DNA from: Tetramitus jugosus
Lineage: Eukaryota; Protista; Heterolobosea
Reading direction: 5' to 3'
DNA length: 64,000 nt
Assembly (NCBI GenBank): GCA_937625935.1
Contig: OW569351.1
Span: 558,001-622,000 of the forward strand
In this document: piece by piece, positions 44,717 through 54,179 of the stretch
How positions within the stretch are numbered: position 1 is the stretch's first letter
How the letters are laid out: every line of letters starts with the position of its first letter
Position numbers and translations under genes: made by a program
Notes under the pieces: model-generated
Databases searched by the model: none
Told to the model about the DNA's origin: nothing
The model's input: the letters and a program-made list of their open reading frames with translations, nothing else

Positions 44717-47265
44717 TTATATATCCAACAGTTCTCCATCCATCAAAAGGTATTCATCATCTGCCTCGATCACTGAGAGAGGTGTTTGATTCTTTGTCCT
44801 CATCTTCATGTTCTTCCATGTTTTCAAGCGCTCAATGATCAAAGACTTGCCTTCTTCGTTCTTCACAACGTTGAGAATAGCAAATCGAACAGGCATTCTG
44901 TCCAAGTTCTTGTAGTCCTCCATGGTCTTCATCATGATTTGCTTTTGTTCTGCCTCCAACATTACTAGGGCCTTATTGTATCGTGATTTGAACACGGGGC
45001 TGTTCATTGCTAACACACCATTGTTGAAGAAGGATATTAACTGTGGAATCAAGGGCATGATAGCTATGGATAATCAGTTGATTCATTCGCAAGTAAACTG
45101 AAGTTTAGTTTCCATTTGGTCCACATGAACAATAATAAAGTACAACTACTTACTTCCAGTCACAATACCAAACAGGACATTATTGGATTTGCTGCTAAAT
45201 AAATCAGAATTGAATGTCTGAGCAGCAAGATAGAACAAACAAATGACGAACAGAGTTATAAAACCCTGGAGTAAACTGCCGTTAGTAATTTGGTTGATGT
45301 GAGACATCTTAGCCAATCGTGTAAACTGAGTCCAAGAAATAGGAGAGTAATAGAAATCGGCAGGAACCAGTTTAAGTTCCTCCTCTGTCAATTGACTCAA
45401 TCGATTATTGTTCTTCTCAATATCTGCAGCGTTCATTGTGGGTCGATCAGTAAAGACGAATTCTCTCATGGTGGCATAGGGCATCTCAATATCATTACTG
45501 AATTTGTATACTGTTGCAGCCAATGAGACAAGGTAGCCATAAGTCTTTTGATTGAAAATACATAAAGTTGAAGTTAGCATTGTATACACTCTTAGATAGT
45601 TGAAGTCATCAAGATGCAACATACCTTTACACTATCGCTGTTCAACAAAAAGTTAGACACGGTACTCCAGGCAAATCGTCCAACAACCCCTCCAGCATTG
45701 AAGGCAACAACCACGCAACTCATAAACCAAAAGATATCCAGTGTATACGAACACATCAAATAAAAGTAGTACTGGAACATGTCCAAAGCTTTCTCCTTTC
45801 GTTGAGAAGAACGGCAGCACAACTTCTCCAACACTGTCACAACGAATGCGTTTAGCTTATAAACAGGAGATCTGTGAAGAGTGATGACCAATGAAATAAT
45901 GATAACGACAGCTGCTGTCACATGAATCGCAATCTTTTCAATGATCAAATCAGACTCTGAGAAATAGGCATAAGTCAACCAGCCGATTCCAGCCAACGAA
46001 CTAATGAACAGAGCAAATAGTACTTTGAAAGCTCTGGCAAAAAGGTTCTGAGCCTTGGTTTCATAGGTTTGTGTTTGTTTTCTAGCAGCCAATAACAACT
46101 TTAAAACTGCACACCAAAAGTTGATTGCAATTACCGGTATTGTCAACGAGAGAAACTTCAACCTCTCAGTCGTATATATTTTAGCAAATGATTTCTCGGG
46201 CCAATCATTTGGCACGATAACTGAAATCACCATCAAAGTATAGAGGAGAGCGAACACACACAGAAGCCATAGGCCCTCCCATATTCTGAAATTAGAAACC
46301 GTCTTGGCAGGTACACCACTGAGCAAGTTTTGCCAAAATGGTGGTCTATACAAAGAGTTGCTCATGTTCTTTGTCTTGGAGGCTCTCTGAATGACTCTCA
46401 ACTTTCTCGTCAAATACTTGATCATGAAGAAAATGACCAAATATCTCAACACTTCAAACGCATACTCAACAATCATACTGTCTCTAGGAGACTCTACAGA
46501 CTCAATAGACTCCATTAGAGAAGCAGGATCCAATGGATCAGATCTCGATATAGTCAAACAGTTGTAAATATTGCTCAATGAGAACTGATATTTGCTATAG
46601 GTGTTTCTATTGGTCACAAAACACACATAGTACTGAGACTTTTTCAACAAATCATTCATCACTGACTCTCTCATGAAAACATCTCTCAAAAAAGTCATAT
46701 TCATTCGCTGTTGCAAATCCTGTGACGTTCCATGCTCTGAAAACGTGAGTGAATCATAAAAAAATGATTCTGATATCGTTCTTTGAGTAAAGAATCGAGA
46801 GTATGGTTGCAAGAAGAGCAAACCCTTTGAGTCAACCACATAAATTGACCTTTTTCCATTCTTAAATGTTGGTTTCAGAGCATTGTTCCCATCGACTTGA
46901 GTTGTTGATTTTTCTTCTTCGGCTGATAGTTTTGGTAAATGAATAACAATCATCTTTGCTGATGAAATTAAGAGTCTGGAGTTGATCACTTCCATGCTCT
47001 TTTTTGTAAAAATGAGCTCACTGTTCGTGTTGTTGTTATTGTCTGCTGCTGCCTCATTGTTCATATTATTATTGTGCATTGATAATGGAGACCAATCATT
47101 ATCATCGTCATCATTGTCGTTGAACGAAGCTTCTTGTTGTTGCTCGTTTGTCAACAAGTGATTTTTGTGGTTGTTGAGAGCGTGCACTCTTGACTCCAAA
47201 AAGAGGAAAAGAATGGCTGCACACAACAGGAGCACAGATATGGTTCGCCCCAATCGAGAAACCAT
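44717..47265 (-). CDS. Multi-pass membrane protein with signal peptide; introns 45545-45624 and 45064-45153
   Basis: Three ORFs joined in frame by GTATGT..AAG and GTAAGT..TAG introns; multiple TM helices. Confidence 0.7.
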
Positions 47266-47834
47266 CAGTAATGTTCGACTCGTCTAAGTGTGTTGTAGTG
47301 TCTTGGTAATTTTTTGTTGTGGACAAAAACTACGACAAAAGAATTCGTCCGACAGATGTCATTTCGGAACTGGGCAACTACAAATTTAAGGTGTGAATCC
47401 ACAGATCCGCAAACCAACGGCAACTACAATCCTTTGTTTCAGAAGCAACAAAAAATTCACACATAAAGATGAAAATGGTGAAAGAACGATTGCCATCTTT
47501 TATCCTTGTGTGTGGCGTCTCTGTGTGAATCTTACCAGAGTAGCGCGCACAACGGTCAAAAAAACCAATATTGTGTTAATCTGGACTTCTGCGAACTTTT
47601 CCACCTTATTTTTAGCTGCGCTGTTCGGGACGTCATCCAGATATCAATCGTCATTGGTCGCAAAAGTAGTTCTGTCGTTTTTTTTCACCCAATTTAGAAC
47701 TTTGTCATTACCACCTATGGTGGAAAAGCGAAGAAGGCAAATTCCTGCTGGAAAACAAAGACCTTCAAAATCCACAGAGCACATCACACAACATCACAGA
47801 GAAAAACAAAAGAAGATACCCGTAACACACAACG

Positions 47835-49574
47835 ATGAAGTTTTTTGGTACACTCAAGAGACAGCTCTCCCCAAGCAATGAAAGCCTCACCAATAATGGC
47901 ACGACAGCAAACAAGTACGACAGAGGAAGCAATGGCCTTAAGAGAAGCAAGAGTCACTTTGACAAGCAGTCTATTGTTGATATTGCTGATGATTGGATCA
48001 ATCATATCTCATTGAACACACCACGGTACTCCCAATACACTCGATCCCAATACAAGAGTTTGTCAATAAGTCATTTCAAGAACATGAATGATCTGAGAGT
48101 CACCGAATTTCCAATGATCAGTTCCTCTCCAGCCTCTTTTGCTTGCTCCCTCTCAGCAATCTCTCAACCTCTGGAAGTTTCCATCAACAACAAGTGCACC
48201 TCTACTCCAAGCACCACTACACTCGATGGGCATTGCAATGAAATGAATGAAATGGGAGAAGAGAAATTGTGGGACGAGGTGATAACGGATGAAGATGAAC
48301 TCTCTACAAGCACTGGTGTATTCATGGAAGACACTGAAAACTATTGTGGAACGAACACTGATGAGCTCTTTGATTCACGGACAACTAGCATGTACTGTTT
48401 CACACCACAGAGTCCTCAATCTGATGCAGAAAGAACCAACAGTCAACAAACGTCTGTCATTGAGCAAATGGCAACTTGTTGTATGATGCCTAATGATTCT
48501 GGATATGGAATGTTGAGAATGTTGATTGAACAACATGTTGGCGACACAGTGAGCATTAATTCTGTGAGAGATAAAACGAGAAACAATTGCACGCTGTTGC
48601 ACTTGGCTGCAAAGCACGACAATATTGAGTGCATGTCTTTCTTGATCAATAATCAAGAAGCAGATGTGAATGTTGATGATTGGTGTGGCAGTAGTCCACT
48701 GCACTATTCTGTTTCAGGAAACGCAAGAGATGCCACAATTCTTCTCTTGAGCAGCAAAGCAAATCTTAACAAGAAGGATCACTATGGCAGTTCCCCTCTT
48801 CAAATTGCTCTATACAATAATAATCTCGACATTATGAGAGATTTGATTCTTTGGGGAGCAGATGTTCATCTGAGAGGCAAAAGAGGTGATACTGTGCTCC
48901 ATCAAGCATGTAAGGGCGGCTTCTTGAAGCGTGTGAAGTTTCTGATTGAAAGCTGCAATGCCTCTATTCTCAGAATGAACACCAACAATGAGCATGCTTT
49001 GTTCTCTGCTTTGGCTTATCCATCAGTTCTACAATACTTGTGTGATCACATCGAAACAAGTCAACAGTTTGTTAAACTGATATCATCAACGAACACATAT
49101 GGAAAAACAGTGTTTCATGTTGCTGCTGAAAGAGGATACTTGGAGGGGTTACTAGTCCTCATAAGAGAGGTAAAGAAATGGGCAGACGAAGGAGAACAAG
49201 ATTTGATTGAACAAATACTAGTTCAACGACTAAATGAATATGAGAATGAGAAGGGTTTGACTCCATTGCATTTGGCAGTCTCACATGGGAGAGAAGAAGT
49301 CACCAAGTTTCTTGCAATGAGTCTTCAAGTTGATGTGAACAAAAAGTGTAGAGCACGCGGTGAATCTCCAATCCAGCTCGCTATTCGCAAGTGCAATAAA
49401 TCAATATGCGAGATATTGATTGACCATGGAAAGGTTGAAGTGGCCAAGAATGAACTTGTCGCTTTCCAACTGTTGGGAGTAGATCCACAGTTGAATGAGA
49501 TCAAGAAAAGACAATCCGTTGGTAGTGTAGCACTGACATCGATCAAAAAGAAAGCGAGCTCACTTTTCGTATAA
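47835..49574 (+). CDS. Ankyrin-repeat protein
   Basis: TLLHLAA, SPLHYS, TVLHQAC and TPLHLAV repeats. Confidence 0.9.
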   Translation: MKFFGTLKRQLSPSNESLTNNGTTANKYDRGSNGLKRSKSHFDKQSIVDIADDWINHISLNTPRYSQYTRSQYKSLSISHFKNMNDLRVTEFPMISSSPASFACSLSAISQPLEVSINNKCTSTPSTTTLDGHCNEMNEMGEEKLWDEVITDEDELSTSTGVFMEDTENYCGTNTDELFDSRTTSMYCFTPQSPQSDAERTNSQQTSVIEQMATCCMMPNDSGYGMLRMLIEQHVGDTVSINSVRDKTRNNCTLLHLAAKHDNIECMSFLINNQEADVNVDDWCGSSPLHYSVSGNARDATILLLSSKANLNKKDHYGSSPLQIALYNNNLDIMRDLILWGADVHLRGKRGDTVLHQACKGGFLKRVKFLIESCNASILRMNTNNEHALFSALAYPSVLQYLCDHIETSQQFVKLISSTNTYGKTVFHVAAERGYLEGLLVLIREVKKWADEGEQDLIEQILVQRLNEYENEKGLTPLHLAVSHGREEVTKFLAMSLQVDVNKKCRARGESPIQLAIRKCNKSICEILIDHGKVEVAKNELVAFQLLGVDPQLNEIKKRQSVGSVALTSIKKKASSLFV

Positions 49575-49597
49575 ATATAGTTCATGTTTATATTCAA

Positions 49598-50893
49598 TTA
49601 TTCTTTGCCACAATGTGATTTGTGGTGAGTCCAATTATTCTTTTGACAATCAGTGCTGCAATACTCAATCGACTTGCATCGCCCACATCGCTTGAGAGTT
49701 TTGTGTCCTTCACCACACTCTGCACAAACACCAGCAGCTTTCCCTAATAAAATTACCTGCTTATCTGACTTGCCAAAGTATGCTCTCCAATACTTGTAAA
49801 CTTGTGTTGCTATCTTCATGAGTATGTCGTTTCCTTGAGCGGATAGTTTCATCGTACTCAGATGCATACACCATGTCACAAGTTGATCCAAGAAAATTGT
49901 TGTACCGATTGTGGCTTTGTCCAGGTAGTCCAAGTAGAGTTGTAATTTGTCGAATTGAATCATGTCTGGTGATTTCATATACAATGCAAAGTAGAGACTC
50001 TTCTCGAATTGCATTTGCCTCGTTAATCCAATAATCCAATGCTGTTCATCAACAATGGCCAGAGCTGAAGATACAAAACCATCTAGATCTACATCTCTAG
50101 TCTCTAGAGCTTCTTGATTTTTCTTTACTAATTCTTCCAATATTTCTTCTCTTGAAAGCATCATCTCATTATCCCTAAATTCTCTTGAAGTACAAGTGTT
50201 GCATTTCCAAGTTGACGTCGATGGATTTCTTATCGCTCTTCCATTCTTGCATTGAATACATTTCAATACTCGACTTAAGTCTGGAGAATTGCATCTGTCA
50301 CAGGCACACTTGTACAATCTCCGTGGCATGATGTACTCATCTCGGTTTTTGGCAGATTGAAACCGAATAGAGTCTGGAATATAGGAAGCACAGATTACTT
50401 CTCCTTTTTCAATGTTTCGTTGGGCAACAAAGACCAAATTTTGTTCTTCAGTTATGTGATACGCAACATTTGGTGAACAAGAGTGAGACGCTTTGGCTCC
50501 AATCCTAAACAAGGCAACATTACAGTCTCGAACTCCATAGCTGTTAATTCTACATATTGCAATGATTTTAGCAAGTGTAGTCTTATTACTCTTGAATGAA
50601 GCTGCTATCTCCTCTATTTCTTCTTCGACGCTACTGACGAGATCACTTGGAGCAAAACAGCTTTGTGCTTCAGATTGTATCTCTAACGAACAATTGTCAA
50701 AAGCGGAGCAGATGTTGGTCATGTATTGTTTCTCATCTTCAGATTCTTTCCAAAGAAAAAGTGGTCGGTCTGTAGCAACAGTAGTACCAAAAGGTATAAA
50801 TTTTGCAGCTGCGAGAGTCTCTCCATATCGTTCATTGTAGCTCAGCACAACATGCTCCATTTGCTCATCGATCCTTGTAGCTGCCATTTCCAT
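49598..50893 (-). CDS. SET-domain protein with C-terminal MYND finger (SMYD-like)
   Basis: ASHSCSPN, GEVICASY, post-SET CACDRC, and CAECG..CGRCKSIEYCSTDCQKNNWTHHKSHC. Confidence 0.9.
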   Translation of the reverse strand: MEMAATRIDEQMEHVVLSYNERYGETLAAAKFIPFGTTVATDRPLFLWKESEDEKQYMTNICSAFDNCSLEIQSEAQSCFAPSDLVSSVEEEIEEIAASFKSNKTTLAKIIAICRINSYGVRDCNVALFRIGAKASHSCSPNVAYHITEEQNLVFVAQRNIEKGEVICASYIPDSIRFQSAKNRDEYIMPRRLYKCACDRCNSPDLSRVLKCIQCKNGRAIRNPSTSTWKCNTCTSREFRDNEMMLSREEILEELVKKNQEALETRDVDLDGFVSSALAIVDEQHWIIGLTRQMQFEKSLYFALYMKSPDMIQFDKLQLYLDYLDKATIGTTIFLDQLVTWCMHLSTMKLSAQGNDILMKIATQVYKYWRAYFGKSDKQVILLGKAAGVCAECGEGHKTLKRCGRCKSIEYCSTDCQKNNWTHHKSHCGKE

Positions 50894-51175
50894 AAGTTTC
50901 TGTGGTCTGTTGTTGAATGAGAGTGTACTTACTCATCGTAGGGAGCGATTCATCTCGAGATATCGTGCATTCCACCGTGTATTCGAAACGTGTCTTGATA
51001 AAACGTGTGCGAAAGTCCACCCGATTCGTGCGCGAAAAAAATCCGACGAACAAATATGGTTGTATTGTCCACCAATGAGTGGGCTAGTTCTTGGCCAAAG
51101 CGCCAAAGAACAGGCACACCGATGATCGACAGGCAGTAAGAAGCATATGAAGGCGATGTTTATTCACAATAAGAT

Positions 51176-52477
51176 TTACGCAAATACAAAATCGATATCT
51201 GTCCATCGCTTCAATTGTCTTGCCATTGTTAGTTTTTTCAAGAAAAGGATACTATCTGCTGAAGTATCATTCAAGGTGAAGACAATCGTATGGTGCTCAC
51301 CACAAGCAATTGCTAAGCGTTGAGATGAGTTTGGAGTAATTGGACATCCGAAAGAAGATCGAGCAACAGATCCATCTATCAGATCATCTTCATTCAACCC
51401 AGAGGAACTGAGGTTCAGTTCACCATCTTCATTTGTACCAGCTGAAAAGATCTCTTCACGTGTCACGACATGGATAGAATCACGTCCCATCACTACATCG
51501 ATCACTGGCGGTAAAGGCCGATTATTTGGCAATATGAATCGATATACTCCGCTGAAACCATCAATATTGACTTCATCACAGTATTTCTTCTTCTTTGTCG
51601 ATATTATGAACAGGTATACTTCATTGTCACACGTTACAATCACACTCGCATCACATTTACATCGAACTAACTTTGCTCGTTTCTCTCCTAAAGCTGTTAC
51701 AAGCCTAAAGCCATCAAACGTTCCACAATTGGAAGGCTGTGCCAATTTTGAAGAATTTTCTCCACCACTAAAAACTCGACCCATATTGGTCAATAACATA
51801 CAATGAAAACTTCCTGCACTCAATCGAACGATATACTCTCCATGCATTAGATCATTGAATGGTAGTAGGACTCTGGATGCTGAAAGACGATTGCTATTAA
51901 GCCAATTCTGACCCGAGACAAATACATACTTGTTGTTGCACACAAATGTCGTAAATGAATAAGAACATGCTATATGAGTCACACTCAAGTCGTCATCAAC
52001 ACTATCAGAGAGACGGAAAGGCGGCAATAATTGTACGTCCCTGTAATCTGTCGGTTCTGTCAATCCCAATTGATAATACGTGTTAGATCCAACACCATAC
52101 ACACTTTTACCCTGATCTGAAACAAAGAAGGATCTGAGGGCGCCACATGAGATCCATTCGATCTTCTTGTTTTCGATGAGACTTCTGACACGCTGAAATT
52201 TGTGATGATGCCTTTCACTATTATTGTTGGATGCTTGTTGGTCATCAATGGCAATCTGTTGTGACACGGGTGTGACACCTGTTTGACCCTTGGTTTCAGC
52301 TCCTGAAGCAAACACTTGACCATCCTTTGTCAAAATAGTTGTAAAAGTGTAACCACAGTCAATTTGACGGATGGAAAAAGGGAAAAAGGTTGTAATCATT
52401 TGTTTAACACTGTGTGCGCCCGAAGAGACGCCACATTGAAGCTCACCATTTCGTCCAACAACTCCGATCAAGCTCAT
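51176..52477 (-). CDS. RCC1-repeat beta-propeller protein
   Basis: GRNGELQCG, IDCGYTFT, GSNTYYQLG, LSAGSFH and IACGEHH. Confidence 0.9.
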   Translation of the reverse strand: MSLIGVVGRNGELQCGVSSGAHSVKQMITTFFPFSIRQIDCGYTFTTILTKDGQVFASGAETKGQTGVTPVSQQIAIDDQQASNNNSERHHHKFQRVRSLIENKKIEWISCGALRSFFVSDQGKSVYGVGSNTYYQLGLTEPTDYRDVQLLPPFRLSDSVDDDLSVTHIACSYSFTTFVCNNKYVFVSGQNWLNSNRLSASRVLLPFNDLMHGEYIVRLSAGSFHCMLLTNMGRVFSGGENSSKLAQPSNCGTFDGFRLVTALGEKRAKLVRCKCDASVIVTCDNEVYLFIISTKKKKYCDEVNIDGFSGVYRFILPNNRPLPPVIDVVMGRDSIHVVTREEIFSAGTNEDGELNLSSSGLNEDDLIDGSVARSSFGCPITPNSSQRLAIACGEHHTIVFTLNDTSADSILFLKKLTMARQLKRWTDIDFVFA

Positions 52478-52506
52478 GGGTGTGATTCAGTTTTGTTTTT
52501 TTTTAA

Positions 52507-52518
52507 GGATGTAGTTCG
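52507..52518 (+). repeat. Left terminal inverted repeat
   Basis: GGATGTAGTTCG, preceded by TTAA (52503-52506). Confidence 0.88.
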
Positions 52519-52599
52519 TTGGACCTCAACGTATAAATAGAACTCTACCTATAAATTTTTTTGGGCACGACACCCAATCACAAACACAAACTTACGATC

Positions 52600-52770
52600 A
52601 TGGTTGCCACATCTCATCAATGGTTCTGTTCCGGCTGTGGTTCCGTCTCAGCCAAGAGTATTATAATGAATACTGCCTCATGGTTCTGCCCAGGATGCGG
52701 TCAAGTACTGGTTGATTCAACAAGCAATCAAAACAGGCACAAAAAATTTCCTTTGCAATTTGCACGGTAA
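52600..52770 (+). CDS. 56-aa putative zinc-ribbon mini-protein inside the element
   Basis: Duplicated WFCSGCG/WFCPGCG motifs; TATAAA boxes and a C/A-rich leader lie upstream. Confidence 0.4.
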   Translation: MVATSHQWFCSGCGSVSAKSIIMNTASWFCPGCGQVLVDSTSNQNRHKKFPLQFAR

Positions 52771-53037
52771 GCCTGACTTGCAAACGGCCAAACAGTGTGA
52801 GTACAAATTGTCCATATAAGACCTTATTGTTGATAGATTATTGACTATCGAAGATCGAAAATCCCGACACGTCAATACCAAATTCAACACATCTTCTACA
52901 CCAAGGAACGAACCAACTAGATACACAAATAAATCAATATGTATATCGGTTATTCTTACTTTTCTTTTGACTCCAAACTTTACCAATTGTTGGTGTTGGT
53001 TATGTCTTCTTTTGGCGCCTTTTCCTTGTTTTCCCAT
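52717..53037 (-). pseudogene. F-box-like ORF or fragment carried by the element
   Basis: ITDIHIDLFVYLVGSFLGVEDVLNLVLTCRDFR follows a basic N-terminus; no substrate-binding domain follows. Confidence 0.5.
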
Positions 53038-53109
53038 TTGTTCATTGATTTTTTTCATCACTTGCAAAAAACAGAAAACAAATACTCTGAAGGACATCGT
53101 GAATGCGAG

Positions 53110-53823
53110 TGACCTGATGATGAGTATGAGTTTTCTGATGTTTGTCAAATTCTGTCCTACTATTGATACCATTAGAGAGGTGTTGAATTGTCCGATAACT
53201 TGAGTATTCAGATCTCATTGATGACACTTGCTCTTCAAACATATCCTGATAACACTGACTATGTCAACAAGATTATTAATAACATTGCTAGTCAATTGAA
53301 TAGCACTGCACTTGCTTCAGATGAAATTGTAGAGATGTTGAAGCGATTGTTGTTGGTGCCACTCGAGTCATACAACAATGTGCTAACAGTTTTGAAGTTG
53401 GAGAAGTATGGTGATATTATTCATTCTCTTGGATATGAACAGAGAAAGTTTATTGCACTGAGCATTGTGAGATGCGCACTTGACAATGGACACAAGATTT
53501 CAACATTTGAACAAGTGAACAAACTGTTTGATTTGATTCGTCCACTGTTGAAGGATGAGGAAGACCAAACAACATTCTCACCTTCTGACGACTCACCAAT
53601 AGCTGCAACATTGCTCGAAGATTTCGAAGAAGAACAGAACTTGATTGCCAGATTGGTTCATTTGTTTGATAATAGCGATACTGATCAATTGTTTAAAGTT
53701 TTGGCCGCAGCCAGAAAGCACTTTGGTCAGGGTGGTGTCAAGAGAATTCAATACACATTGGTACCGCTTGTATTCTCCTACTTGAAACTTGCTCAGAGAA
53801 TCTACAATGCACACTGCAAATAG
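53110..53823 (+). pseudogene. VPS35: Captured internal fragment of retromer subunit VPS35
   Basis: SIQISLMTLALQTYPD..DYVNKI, LLVPLESY, EDFEEEQNLIARLVH and ARKHFGQGGVKRIQYTL are VPS35 hallmarks. Truncated at both ends; frameshifted near 53175. Confidence 0.85.
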
Positions 53824-53845
53824 ACACCTCTTGTCGACTCTCCAT

Positions 53846-54179
53846 CTTTTTTGATTGATTTGGTTGTTGTTGTTGTTGTTGATGTTCGTTGTGCGACTTG
53901 TGTTTTTCGTTGTTGTTGTTGTCGTGTCAGAGAGAAAGTTTTTCGTTGTCTTTCGTTTGGTTCAAGATTGGATAGATAGGTGGATATATTATAAAAAAAT
54001 ACAATAAATGTTGTATCAGTTTCCTCTAAGCTGCGGAATTGGTGCAGTTGTAAAAATTTCCGTTGAGACTGTCTTTACAACGACAACGGCCATCTACCTC
54101 GGTTTAAAAAGCGCTGTCTTTTTCGCTGTTTGATTCAACTCACACAACAAACACAACACACAACAAATACAATAACATT
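53846..54179. promoter_or_regulatory. Candidate bidirectional promoter upstream of Fanzor
   Basis: TATA-like TATTATAAAA near 53990, flanked by C/A-rich leaders ending in ATG on both strands (54180 on +, 53845 on -). Confidence 0.4.

Noticed and set aside
52479-52486. GGTGTGAT matching the first 8 nt of the predicted guide
   Set aside because: Short and not preceded by TTAA; likely coincidence.
52503-52518. piggyBac assignment from TTAA
   Set aside because: The termini are GG..CC rather than the CC..GG typical of piggyBac, and no piggyBac transposase is present.
53188-53823. VPS35 as a functional host gene
   Set aside because: Only about a quarter of the protein is present, with no flanking exons, an upstream stop and frameshift, and a position inside TIRs.
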